DNA of 64,000 nucleotides from an uncultured virus (IMG/VR IMGVR_UViG_3300033068_001295) (IMGVR_UViG_3300033068_001295), one strand, 5' to 3'; shown: positions 1 through 11,943, numbered from the stretch's first letter. Program-made: numbers and translations. The notes: a model not told the origin generated them from the sequence alone.

Positions 1-1
1 T

Positions 2-409
2 AGGGCTAATGTTTGGGCTAATGTTGGGGCTAATGTTGGGGCTAATGTTTGGGATAATGTTGGGGATAATGTTTGGGATAATGTTGGGGCTAATGTTAGG
101 GATAATGTTAGGGCTAATGTTTGGGCTAATGTTAGGGATAATGTTGGGGATAATGTTGGGGCTAATGTTAGGGATAATGTTAGGGATAATGTTGGGGATA
201 ATGTTGGGGATAATGTTGGGGATAATGTTGGGGATAATGTTTGGGCTAATGTTTGGGATAATGTTGGGGCTAATGTTAGGGATAATGTTGGGGATAATGT
301 TGGGGATAATGTTAGGGCTAATGTTTGGGCTAATGTTGGGGCTAATGTTGGGGCTAATGTTTGGGATAATGTTGGGGATAATGTTTGGGCTAATGTTAGG
401 GATAATGTT
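2..409 (+). repeat. 12-bp tandem repeat (D)GGG(A/C)TAATGTT, about 34 units, coding
   Basis: Directly visible; only two positions of the unit vary. Confidence 0.95.
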
Positions 410-1273
410 TGGGAAGATTTACAAAAAACCTTTTCAAACTACTCTAGTTATCTAGGAAGTGGCTCAAATTTTGGATGGGTTTCTTTTTATGACTACTTTG
501 AAAAAATTGGAGTTTTGAACGATGATAAATTTAAAAAATACAAAGACTTAATTCAAGCAGGGGCTTTTGAAGTTTATGAGTATGAGAACTTTGTGTTTGC
601 AATTCAGCCACCAACAAAAATTCTAAGAAACGGACAACAACAAATGAATTCCATAGAAGAGATGGCTTTTGAATGGAGTGATGGGTATGGTTTTTATTAT
701 GTAAACGGGTTAAATCTAACAGAAGAACTATTTTTAAAATTAAAAGAAAATAATTACAATATCGAAGATTTTGTAAAAGAACCTAATGAAGAGATAAAAT
801 CAGCGGTTATTTCTTTTATTCAACAACGAGATGGAGAGGAAGGAGTGTATAGATTTTTCCAACAAAACTTAAAAGAAGTTGACACATACGTAGATAAAAA
901 AGAAGAAAAGTACTTAGAAGGCACAACAAACGGAATAAATATAGGAGTTTACACTTTATTTAAAGGAGAAATTAATAATACAGAAGTGGCTTATGTAAGA
1001 TGCTATTGTCCGTCAACAGACCGTATGTTTTTCTTAGGAGTAGAGACTAATAACACAAATGCAAAAGATGCAATAGCAAGTCTATATCAAATTCCAAAAT
1101 TGTTAAAAGAAAGTATTATAAGTATTTCAAGACAAGGGGAGATTTTCAGCACAATTTTTGACGAAATTACAACAAACAGATTAAAAAATAATGAATTTTC
1201 TTTGGAAGACTTAAAAAATTATGTATCTTTGTCGGGTAAAGAATATTTTGAAAAAATGAATTATGAATATTAA
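2..1273 (+). CDS. 5'-truncated protein with (W/G/R)(A/D)NV tetrapeptide repeats followed by a DUF6745-like domain
   Basis: Frame starting at nt 2 (AGG GCT AAT GTT TGG...) is open and continuous with track ORF 515..1273 (WVSFYDYF...EMAFEWSDGYGFYYVNG, RCYCPSTDRMFFLGV); start lies upstream of the window. Confidence 0.75.
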   Translation, partial: RANVWANVGANVGANVWDNVGDNVWDNVGANVRDNVRANVWANVRDNVGDNVGANVRDNVRDNVGDNVGDNVGDNVGDNVWANVWDNVGANVRDNVGDNVGDNVRANVWANVGANVGANVWDNVGDNVWANVRDNVWEDLQKTFSNYSSYLGSGSNFGWVSFYDYFEKIGVLNDDKFKKYKDLIQAGAFEVYEYENFVFAIQPPTKILRNGQQQMNSIEEMAFEWSDGYGFYYVNGLNLTEELFLKLKENNYNIEDFVKEPNEEIKSAVISFIQQRDGEEGVYRFFQQNLKEVDTYVDKKEEKYLEGTTNGINIGVYTLFKGEINNTEVAYVRCYCPSTDRMFFLGVETNNTNAKDAIASLYQIPKLLKESIISISRQGEIFSTIFDEITTNRLKNNEFSLEDLKNYVSLSGKEYFEKMNYEY

Positions 1274-1538
1274 TAATTAAAAACAAGTAAAAATGGACAC
1301 AGAAATTAAAGGAGTAAATGTTGCATCAAAAGTATCAACATCGGGGCATTTTGTTCAAGAAGCAAGAAAGGTAGTGAATTTAGATGAAGTTAAAGACACT
1401 TACTTTGTTGAGGGTAAAAGTAAATTAGTGACTAAAAACCACACAACCTTAAAACAAGACAAAGATTGTTTAATCACAACACAAGTGGTTTACAACCCAT
1501 TTGCTAAAATGTTTGAACAAAGTAAAGACTAAATTAAT

Positions 1539-1590
1539 TTCGCCAAACTAATAGAGGGGTTTATAAAAAGTTCAATTCTTTTTGGCGAAC
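1539..1590 (+). ncRNA. tRNA-like minihelix (acceptor stem + T-arm only)
   Basis: TTCGCCA/TGGCGAA 7-bp stem directly adjacent to AAAAG-TTCAATT-CTTTT (5-bp stem, 7-nt T-loop-like); intergenic. Confidence 0.4.
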
Positions 1591-4464
1591 TAAAAATAAA
1601 TTATGAAAACAGAACTTTGTAAATGTAATAATTGTCAAAGATTATTAATAGATGAAAACCCACAAATAGGAGCAGAAAAAGTTGAAGTTGGTAGTTTAAA
1701 AGGCTATTCAATGGAATGGATTAAAGAAGAACACCAGAGTTATTGGACTTGTTCACATTGTAAAACAGATGCTTATTTAACAGATATTTCGGGCGTAAAA
1801 AATTAAAAACAGAAAATATAATTTTAATACAGTTTAATTATGGAAACAACATTATTTGCAGTTATCTTTAATGATGGCAGAGTTTACAGAATCAATTGTC
1901 GCGGAAAAAATCAAAAACAAAGGTTTAGAATCCACGCAGAAAAACTAAAAGAACAGATTAAAGAAATTATGGAAATAACTAACGGAATACACAACATAAA
2001 AGAGTTTGAACAATTAACCTTTTAAAAGTTGGAGGCAAAAAGAAATAGATATTATAGTCCTATCAGCAGACATTAATTACCCAACTTTTATTTTAAAATA
2101 TAAAAATCATGCAAATTTTTGAATTAACACCAACAAACGGAAGACAGTCTTTCGGCGGAAAATGCAGAGTAGAGCAAGACGGAGATATAAGTTATTTATA
2201 TAGCTATGATACAAAAGTTGCTCACTACTACCACACGGAAAATAAAATGGTAGTAAATGGCTATTATAGTGCAACAACAGCTACACATATCAATGCTTTT
2301 TTAGCTTATTATGGTTTCGATACTTGCACGAAAAAAGAATTAGAAAATTATAATAATTAACATTATGAAATTAACAACTAATCAAAAAGCGTGTATTGAG
2401 GACAAGTATAATCAAATAAATGAACTATGAAAAATTTATTTAAAACATTATTTTTACTTGCGATAGTAATAGGGATTTTTAGTTGGGGATTTGTGGCGGG
2501 GGAGTATCATAAACAACAAGAAATTGAAAATCGCGCGAAAAAAATTAAAACAGAGGCAATTACGCAACAACAGTTGGAAAAAATAATCTTTAATGAGGTA
2601 CAATTATGAAAACAGTAGTATTACAAGGAACACAAGAGGATTTTAATAATCTATATCAAAATGTTTTTGATGAAGACACAGTACCACAAGAAGTAGAGAT
2701 TAGAGTTTATGTTGTAAACATTACAGAGCTTTCAAAAGACTTACATTGCGACGACGCACGAGAACTAACAGATGAAGAATTTGTGACAGAGTCAGAAAGA
2801 CAAGGAACGGTTTACTCTCTACAAGGGTTTCAAATAGCAGTTAACTATGAGGAACTTTATTTAGACGAGAGTTATGTTAGATTTATTTCAGTTCCATTAA
2901 ACAAATAGCGACATGAAAACAATAACAGCACTTGAAGCGAGTTCAAAAGATACAGAAAGCAATTTAACACCTATGGAAATAGAATCCTTACAAAGAGGTG
3001 ATTGCAGTGTAGAAACTATTTTTAATAATAAATAAGATGAGAAAACTATTTTATGAAATTGAAGTAAGAGATAGATATGGCTACTTATATAAAAAAGAAG
3101 ATGGGCATAAAGTAACTTCTTTTAAGTTTGAAGAAAAAGAGCAAGATGAAAACTTAATTCATTTAGTCTGTCAACATCAATATAATAAATATAAAGCTGT
3201 TTGTAAAGAAGGCAGTTTAATTGAAATTACTGTTAGGTATCATAATACTTTGGTTGGAGTTTATTCTCTTTTATATTCTTTTTACGGCGCGGAAAATAAA
3301 TTTATAAAACATTAAATCGAAAAACATGGGAAGTTTTAGTTGGAATAAAGCAGACAATTTAACAGCTATTGAAAATATAGCTTATGGTGCATCTTTTAAG
3401 TTTTTAATACCGAAAGAATTTGGTGGTGGGTTTATAAAAGACAAATATCAAGATTATGGTTATTTAGGGGCAAAAGAAAATGGCGAACCTAAATACGATA
3501 TGTACGAACTACAAGCATTTTGGAACAAAACTGATGGTTTAAAGTATGAGGGTGAGTATCCACTAATGAAAGAAATTGACGAAAATACAAGCCACAATAG
3601 AGGTTTAGGTATTGATATTGGTTGTTATGACGCTGACATATTAAAATTAAAACACCCTTTGAAATTAGTGTCCTCTTCTTTTAAAGGTACTTATGAAGAT
3701 TTAGATAATCCTAGCTTTGGCGACCCAGACCAAGGTTTTTATTCAAGAAAAAGAAAATTATGATACAATTAGAAGAAAAATTTGACGGTCATATCATACT
3801 ATACTGTAAAGGTTGGTATAATATAAAAGACATTGATTTTATAGCAGGCTTACAACGTGTTTGGGCGGTTAGATGTGGCTTACAAGTTGAGCATATCAAT
3901 AGTTCAATTAACGAATATATGGCAGACAAGTTGCACGAGATATTTGCCAAATGTAATCCTAAAAAACTATCTTATTTTCATCAAATAATGAATAAAGGAC
4001 TTTGTGATGAATGGAGATACGAAGGATTAACAGCAATTGAAAGAGCTATTATGATTTATGCAAATGAACTTTCAATGTTGCAAATTCAAGAAAATGTTGA
4101 TGGTAAATGGAAAAAATTAATTAAAATGCCAAAACCGCAAAAAAGATTATTTAAAAGAATTGTAAGTGGTAAAGGACAGTATAACGATTATAACTTAGTA
4201 AAATGATGAATCTAAAGTATAACTTAATAGTAAAAATAAAAAATCAAATAGTTTTAAGAGCAGTTGATAACAGACTTAATAGAATATTTATTAGTAGTTT
4301 GTTTGAAGGAGATAATTATAAAATTTCTGCCCTTTCTTAATCTTTTTGCGCAAAAAACAAAATATAAAAATTATGAAAAATAAAACAATAACATTACAAG
4401 GAACAAAAGAACAAGATGAAATGGCATCTAAATTTATTGAAGAATCCTTAAAAAACATTTAATC

Positions 4465-4905
4465 ATGCAAACAACAGAAAAAACATTAAAAGAAATTTAC
4501 AAAACTGGAAACAAAGAAACTAGAGAAAAGTTAGAAGCGGAGTTTCCAACAATTTTTCAAACTAAAACAGAACTAGAAAAAGCTATAAACTACTTATCGG
4601 AAAAAGATGAAGAAGTTATTAAGCTAAGAAAATTTGAAAAGATACTTGATGAAAATGACAGAACTTTGGCAGAACAAAGATTGATTGTTTATATAAAGTT
4701 TAAAAACGAAAAGTATATTTTCACAGAGTCAGACTGCAAATACAGAATTTGGTGGAATTTGTATTCCTTTTGTTTCGACGATGTCTTCTTTAGTCGAGCG
4801 AATACTAATTTGCCGCTCGCTCTTTGCTTTAAAAATGAAAAAGATGCTACGAGTGTTAAAGATAATCAAGAAATTTTAGGATATTTTAAAACATACTATT
4901 TATAA
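4465..4905 (+). CDS. DGR target protein (remote), VR at 4765-4833
   Basis: 69-nt VR aligns to TR 20886-20954 with 14 mismatches at TR adenines and 2 elsewhere; paralog of 20425..20862. Confidence 0.9.
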   Translation: MQTTEKTLKEIYKTGNKETREKLEAEFPTIFQTKTELEKAINYLSEKDEEVIKLRKFEKILDENDRTLAEQRLIVYIKFKNEKYIFTESDCKYRIWWNLYSFCFDDVFFSRANTNLPLALCFKNEKDATSVKDNQEILGYFKTYYL

Positions 4906-5282
4906 TGACACATCACGCAATAGCAATTAAAGGAGATTATTGGGTGTTGCTTTCTAAACCTTGTACAAAACAAGAAGCAGAGATGTTTAGAGGTAGTGAA
5001 ATGAAAGACGAAATTTTCGCCGTAAAAACTGAAAAAGAAGTTGATAATCATAAAAAAGTATTAAAATGAGAGAGTTTATCACAGTTATTTTTGCATTACT
5101 ATTAGTAATAACTTTTGCGGTGACTACATTAGTCGGAGTTGCATGGTTATTTGATTTCAAACCTAATAATCTTTATTTTATTTGGAGTATTTGTTATAAG
5201 AGTTTGGCAATTTCTTTCCTGTTTTTTATTTTATTTGGCGGAAATAAGAAATAAAGTATTATCTTTACAAAAAATAATAATT

Positions 5283-5702
5283 ATGACAAGAATCAATGCT
5301 TCAATACGACCCGCAGAACTTTCAAATTCTATGCTTTTTGCCGAATATCGTGAGATTAAACGTGTGGCAAATATGGTAAAAAGTGGTAAGGCTGTTGTAA
5401 AAAATCTTCCAAAAACGTTTAAACTTCAAAGTCAGCACGTGGTTTTCTTTTATGATAAGATTTTGTATCTATCTAAACGCTCAGACGAACTTTATAAAGA
5501 ATGTTTAAAGCGTGGTATAAAAGCAGAAGATTATTCAGAATCATATATAAATATTTCACCTCATCTTTTTAATGATTGGAGCGAAACAAAAGAATCAAGA
5601 GAACTTTTAAAAGAACGAATCAATCAAAGATTAACAGAATCAAAACAAGTAGTTAGATTTTATGATAGAATAGTAACGCTTGAAGAAGCATTAATAAAGT
5701 AA
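5283..5702 (+). CDS. denV: pyrimidine dimer DNA glycosylase / T4 endonuclease V-like
   Basis: N-terminus MTRIN...ELSNSMLFAEYREIKRV and HVVFFYDK..YL..R...L..E...RG match the DenV family; ATG 5283 preferred to track start 5139. Confidence 0.85.
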   Translation: MTRINASIRPAELSNSMLFAEYREIKRVANMVKSGKAVVKNLPKTFKLQSQHVVFFYDKILYLSKRSDELYKECLKRGIKAEDYSESYINISPHLFNDWSETKESRELLKERINQRLTESKQVVRFYDRIVTLEEALIK

Positions 5703-7347
5703 GGTATGGCACAAAATAAATTTCAAACAGAATTTAAGAAAATTCTTAAAAGCTATAATATAGAAGCAGAAAAAGAGTTCGATAGGTTAGAAGCCAAAGC
5801 TAAAACTAATTTAGGAGATGTTTGTATCACTTGTCTTAATGGTTGGATTGCTATGAGATTTGAACAAAAGGATTTTTCAATTTCTAAGTTTTTTGAGAAA
5901 TTTTCTGAGCATGAGCCTTTAAACAAATGGAGCTATAAATGGAATATTCATTTTAGTGATAAAGAAGTTTGCCTGATTGAGTTAGACGCGAGATTAAATG
6001 CTTTAATGAATTAGTTATGAGAACATTTACACCAATAATTATAATTAAGAACGAGGGCGTAAAATACTATCCGCTACCAATTGAAAAAGCGATTACTTTT
6101 GGGGAACGAAATGAAAATCAAAAAGTTTTATTTGAGACAGAATCTTTCAGAGTAAAAGAGGTACTAAATTTATCGCAATTAAAAACAATGTTATGAATAC
6201 AGAAGAAAAAATAGAAAATCAAGTCAGACTACAAAACAAGATGGTTATGGAAGCTAAGATAAACTTAGTTACTTGTGGGAACTGTGGCAGTCCTTTATTA
6301 CACGAAATTGACGAAGAAGAAATAGAATGTCCTTTTTGTGATATGAAAAGCGACCCTTGCGATTTCCCAGATTATTTTTACACAGGAATGGAATCAAATA
6401 ATTAAGAATATTATGAACGAAACATTAAAAAGCAGATTAAAAGAAGATTTAGATACAGTAACAACAGCTTCAGATTATGGAGATTTACTGAAAATACTTT
6501 CTTTTAAAACTAATATTCCTGTTGATGATTTACGAGAAGGAAAAGGAAGTTGGACTTATAGAGGTTGGAATAAAGAACTTAAAAAATATGGATTATGAAA
6601 AACTTAATACAAACAGCAGTTAATTTATGGTTTTGGCTTTATTATGACGTTATTTTTAGTTTTGCGGGCGTTATATGGTATGGAAAATTACCAAAGGTAT
6701 CTACCTATCACAGAGTAACAAGACAAGATTTTTACAGCTTAAAATCTATTTATAATGATATCAATGCGCAAGTTTTAAAAACAGATGACGTACCAACACA
6801 CATTAAAGATAAAGTGATTGAAGAATACCTTGACGCTTTAATGCAAGATATAGTGTTTCGCTCAAATGTTTTAAGTATCGATATTCCAATGTTTGATGGG
6901 AAAGAGGTCATAGGAACATCAGGTATTTATCCACTGTTAAACGAAGTAAAAACTAAACACCTAAACAAATGAATCTACAAGAAGTAAGAAAAAGATATCC
7001 TAAACACAGTTTATTTTTAAGCGCAACAAAAAACATTTCAAAACCTCTTAAAATAACTTACTTAAGATACGCAATTGAAAGACCAGGAGATATTGTTGAA
7101 GACACAGGTGGAGTTATTTATTGTTTTGAAACTAATACGTGGGCTGAAAATGTATAAAGATTTATTATTCGCGCAAGAAAATTACAAACAAGGTCAAAAA
7201 ATAATCTGCCTTGCCACAGGAAAAGAAAAAACAGTAGGTAAATCAATAATTGTTCACGAATTTTACAGTAATTTCATTATAAGCGAAAAACCTTATTGTG
7301 TGTTATACGACAGAGAGGAAAATAAGTGGGCGGAAAAAGTTTAAATT

Positions 7348-7755
7348 ATGAAAAGTAAAACAGATATTATAGCTACAATAGACTTAACGAAATCATACAT
7401 AGGGACTTTTGTAAGGGATAAAATTAATGAAGTAGAATGTGACGATAGATTTCCGCCAAGAGAATTAAAAAAGGGAGATGTTTATACAATTAGTGTTTCA
7501 AAATACCCACGTCCCGTGGTGATTATAAAAGTCTTAAAGGATAAGGTTATAGGAATACCTTTGACTTCGACAGAAAATGTTAATGCTTTATACAAAGGGA
7601 ATTCTAGGTTTTTTGGAGAATCTTATTTTTGCAATTCTTTTACTGTGACAAATAAGGAAGACGCGTTGAAAAGGTTTACATCAGTATATGACAACAGTAA
7701 AGTATTGAATAACGCTATTAAAGCATTAAGAGCATTTATTAATGAAAATATTTAA
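7348..7755 (+). CDS. PemK/MazF-like domain protein
   Basis: KKGDVY...RPVVIIK......GIPLTS pattern typical of the PemK/MazF fold. Confidence 0.5.
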   Translation: MKSKTDIIATIDLTKSYIGTFVRDKINEVECDDRFPPRELKKGDVYTISVSKYPRPVVIIKVLKDKVIGIPLTSTENVNALYKGNSRFFGESYFCNSFTVTNKEDALKRFTSVYDNSKVLNNAIKALRAFINENI

Positions 7756-8899
7756 CTACCATAACTCGGAATACTTCAATGAAACAGATTATTTTTTAAT
7801 TAAAACTAATCTTGGTGGCTATTTTGTAACGCAGTGTCATTGGTATAATGGAAGTTGGTTTTCTAATGATAGTTTAAAGTATAAAATGACTTCTGTTTTA
7901 ACTGTTTCTTGCGGGCAAATAAAAAATAAGGAAGTAAGATATATAAACACAGATGTAAAAGGAACTATCAGTAAATTTGTACAACCTGATGGAATAGGAG
8001 TTGTTTGGAAACAAGGTAGTAAACCACTGCCACATTTTTGGAATAAATTTGAAAACTTAGAATTATGAAAATTACAATCACTGCTGAAAAATATTACAAC
8101 TCACCTCCACCAATTTTGACAAAGAAAATACTTGATTGGTTATTTCTTACAATGTGGTCTACAAGGATGGAGCATTATATCAATAAATTAGAAACTTTAG
8201 AAATACGAACTAACCAAGCTTACAAGGGTAGTGGTAGAATACATTTTTATATTAAGGTGAATGACGAACATGATTTTCATAAAGTATTTGAAGAAAATTT
8301 TAAACTTTACTATCAAAATCCTCCTGTGGGGTCTCAATATGAAAAACGAGAATTTAATTTATGTTGGGGAGGTAAAAAGAAGAGAAGGTCATGGCTCTAT
8401 AATTTAGAAAGCAAAGGAGTTGATTGTGGGGAAGAAGGAAAACGAGAAGTTGAAAGATTTGAAAAATCAATGCGGTTAAAAAAAGAACGAGACGCAACTA
8501 AAAAAGAAAAAGACAGAAAAGAGCAGGAATACCAAGAGTATTTAAAATTAAAAGAAAAATATGAAAAAACTAATAATTAAAGCATTTGAATTACCGTTTT
8601 TCAAAGGAAAGTCGCGGGAAGATTTAGTAAAAGAAGTTGGAGAGAAAATGGTAGAAACACTCACTAAAACTAATTTAGATGGAACACCTTTATCTGCTAT
8701 TGAACTAGCTAGTGTTTTGAACATTATAAATCCTAGTATTTCAACGTTTTTGCGCGAAAACAAATTAAAAACAGAGCAAAAACTGCAAGAAATAGAAACA
8801 GCACTAGAAATGTTAAATAAAAATTAAAATGTTTTACAATACAAATAGTTTTACTATATTTGTAGAGAAATTAACTCTTAAAAACAGAAGTATTACTAT

Positions 8900-9084
8900 A
8901 AACTTTTATATTTAGCTAAGGTACAAAGGCAGGAACATTAGAAACACGTCCGCTTGTGCATATAAAAGTTTTATAAAATAACTATTGTAACTAAATACAT
9001 GTTGGGTATGAATGTTAATCAGTTGAATCGAAGGTTTACACCAACAACCAAGAGAACTTGAAAGACTGTTACAATAGTTATTTT
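8900..9084 (+). ncRNA. two adjacent long-stem structured RNA candidates downstream of a promoter
   Basis: AAACTTTTATAT/ATATAAAAGTTT (8900-8911/8960-8971) and a perfect 17-bp AAAATAACTATTGTAAC/GTTACAATAGTTATTTT (8975-8991/9068-9084) with inner TGTTGG/CCAACA; TATATTTG promoter box about 8855-8862. Confidence 0.5.
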
Positions 9085-9175
9085 TTATTAATTAAAAACA
9101 AAAGAAATTATGAATATACCTGTAGTTGGCAAAACATATAACTGTTTTGTAATTCCATAAATCTAAGAAGAAAAT

Positions 9176-9619
9176 ATGAAAGACATGAAAATCACACCTC
9201 CTAAAGGCTACAAAATTGACAGAGAAAAAAGTACATTTGAACATATTGTATTTAAAGAAATTATTAAAGATATCAGAGAACGTATTCATAGCATGAAAGA
9301 TGTTTTTGAATTAAACAGTACTACGGAGAAGGAGTTTAATAAAAAGTGGGAAGGCTTTAGCGAAGATGAGGTAGGAAACGCACAAGAAAAATTAATAGTT
9401 AGTGCTTATAATCAAGGGCAAAAACCTAATTGGAAAGACTTTAAGGAGAAAAAATATTACCCTTATTTTATAATGGATGAAGATAATTTCTCGTACTACA
9501 CCTGCAACGTTTGGCTTACGGGTTCTAGTGCTTCCGCCCGCCTTTGCTTTTTAAATTATGACAATATGATTGATGCCACAACTAAATTTATTCACATCTA
9601 TAAAAAATCAAGATTATAA
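9176..9619 (+). CDS. DGR-target-family protein with a non-cognate VR-like segment
   Basis: Same architecture as the other targets (KYYPYF...FSY...SARLCF); segment about 9488-9550 does not fit this window's TR. Confidence 0.7.
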   Translation: MKDMKITPPKGYKIDREKSTFEHIVFKEIIKDIRERIHSMKDVFELNSTTEKEFNKKWEGFSEDEVGNAQEKLIVSAYNQGQKPNWKDFKEKKYYPYFIMDEDNFSYYTCNVWLTGSSASARLCFLNYDNMIDATTKFIHIYKKSRL

Positions 9620-9895
9620 TGAAAATAGACCAAAGTTACCACCTAGAAATTGAATCTGACAATGTTGCACTAACATTTACAGAAATCCGCGAAAGAAATA
9701 AAAAAGACGGAGGAAAAGAAAATTACACCTTTGTAGACCAATGGCACTATCCAACTGTACTATCTGCTTTAAAAAAGTACATAGACTTAGTACAAAGACC
9801 AAGTGAAGACGTACTAAAGTGCATTACCATAACAGAAAATCTATTTAAAAAAATTGATGAGTTAAAAAATAATAAATAACAATTACTTTAATAGA

Positions 9896-9929
9896 GTTGC
9901 ATAATTAAAATAAGTTTACTATTTTTGCA
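9896..9929 (+). promoter_or_regulatory. Bacteroidota sigma70-type promoter (TTG...TAnnTTTG); near-copy at 20055-20089
   Basis: GTTGCATAATTAAAATAAGTTTACTATTTTTGCA vs AGTTGCACAATTAAAAAACAATTACTATTTTTGTA; similar TAnnTTTG boxes in intergenic gaps near 8855, 25423, 28392, 35053, 35692, 48422, 52428. Confidence 0.7.
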
Positions 9930-9997
9930 TCATAAGTCCCGTAAGATTTATACTGAAATGCACAGCCCTTTTCAAAGGGACATCACAGAATCAATAG

Positions 9998-10036
9998 TAA
10001 GCCATCCGTAATTTAAAGTGGGTGGCTTTTTTGTTT
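9998..10036 (+). terminator. intrinsic terminator
   Basis: AAGCCATCCG...TGGGTGGCTT followed by a T-run. Confidence 0.65.
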
Positions 10037-11334
10037 AAAATTTTAAAAATAAATATGAATAGAGTTTATAGAAAAATCAAAGGTAGGGTATTGAAGTACA
10101 ATGGGTACGAGGGAGTTGTTTGTGGGTATAGTCACGATAAGTTTATTCTCGCCACAAAAGATAAAACAGAAAAGTCTTTTAGAAAGTTTGACAAAGGAGA
10201 AACACCTTTTATAGAAGAAGAATTTAAATCACTTGAATACAGATATATTTGGTGTAATGAATTAGATGTCTATAAACAACATCATAAAATGAAATACGTT
10301 TAACAACCCATTACCGAATTATTTAAAATTTAAAAATTAGAAATTATGAGTACATTTAAAATAGGAGAGAAAGTGGTTGCATTGACTTCAAATATAGAAG
10401 CTGGAGCACAACCACGTAAAAAGGGAGAAATCTATACCGTTACAGATATTGACGTTTGTAAATGTGGGATGGTATCTTTAAACCTTAACAATCAAATTTC
10501 GCAAAATGGATACATAGATTGTGAATGTGGCTACGAACTTAAAAGCTATAAGTATTTTACCGATTCAAAGTATTTCCGCAAACTAGACTATCAATTCACC
10601 GAGAATTTAATAGCCGAACTAATGCAATCGGAATATCAATTTAATTAAAAAATAAGGATTATGGAAAAGCTATTAAAGCTAATGGATGAAAGATTAGCGT
10701 ACCTTGAAAGCGAACAATCATCTTTAGATGGAATGGATGATATTGAAAAGAAATGGCGCATTAGAGAACTCACACTTGCTATCATAGCCACTCAACAAGA
10801 ACTACTAAACCTTATCTAAACCAATTCTAAATTATACCAATAACTAAAAAATTGTTGTTAAAATATTTTCTATTAGAAAAGTATTTTGTAGTTTTGGGTA
10901 TTATTAATTTAAAAATATAGGAATTATGAAAGACAAGTTACATCAATTAATAGACAATTCAGATTTAGGTGGATTGCAGAAAAATATTCACAAAGGATTT
11001 GTTACAAGAGCGATTGAAAAAGAAGATAGTGAGCGTAAAGATAGAGAACTAATCGAAAAGCACGCAATAATTTCTAACGGTAAAAGTTTTGAAGTTGTGG
11101 TTTCTGCGCCAGATTTTAAAATCTATTGCATATACGGAAAAGACGAATGGGATGTTAAATATCCTTATCGAAGTATATACCTTGACGACAAACAAAATTG
11201 GAATAGAAGCAATACTGTTTCTCCTACGCTTGATGTTGCAATGCTAGTTTATTTAGGACACAAACATTTAGGAGGTAATAATCAATTTACTGCCTTTGCT
11301 ATGAAAATGTTAGAAATTAAAACAGAAGACTAAC

Positions 11335-11565
11335 ATGACCATCCCACAACTAATAAAATCAGACCGAGAACGTAAAGGATTGACGCAGAAACAATACGGT
11401 GAACAAATCGGAATATCCGACAGCTACCTATCCAATATTGAAAGCGGGCGTAAACAACCAACAATTGAAACATTAGATAAAATACTTTCCGTTATTGGAT
11501 TGGGGAGTGTTGAGGTGTTGGTTAATGAGAAAATCAACGGAAGTAAAGTTAAATGGCTTTATTAA
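11335..11565 (+). CDS. XRE/Cro-like HTH transcriptional regulator
   Basis: RERKGLTQKQYGEQIGISDSYLSNIESGRKQPTIETL. Confidence 0.9.
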   Translation: MTIPQLIKSDRERKGLTQKQYGEQIGISDSYLSNIESGRKQPTIETLDKILSVIGLGSVEVLVNEKINGSKVKWLY

Positions 11566-11813
11566 ACATTAACCGCCAACTCACTAAGCGGAATTAATTA
11601 GTGGGATTTAAAGATAAAGATTATGAGTACTCAGAAATACAACCACAACCACTCCGAGCAAAAAAAAGAATTAGATTACGACAATCTTTCAGAAAAGGAA
11701 CGTTTACAAATCGACCATACATTCCTACAATCGGATTTTACCGACTTTGTGAAGAAAGTTGGAACTATTGTTAAATTCGGGCGTTCAATAGAATCGAAAA
11801 ACGGCACAGCGAA

Positions 11814-11867
11814 TATCATACTTAACAAATTAGAAAGCATTATTAACGAATAAAATAAGGGGTATGA
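11814..11867 (+). repeat. about 54-bp direct repeat, second copy 13421-13475
   Basis: TATCATACTTAACA(A/G)ATTAGAAAGCATTATTAACGAA(A)TAAAATAAGGGGTATGA flanks the satellite array. Confidence 0.9.
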
Positions 11868-11943
11868 GTAAAATTCAAAAAATGATTACAGATACAAAAC
11901 CAACATCAAATACAGCCGAAAATCAGCATTTACTATACACGTT

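Noticed and set aside
2..409. CRISPR array or telomere-like repeat
   Set aside because: Contiguous 12-mers with no spacers, and in a coding frame
9..455. 148-aa MLGL/MFGI-repeat ORF in the track
   Set aside because: Alternative frame of the 12-bp repeat; the frame from nt 2 is continuous with the downstream domain
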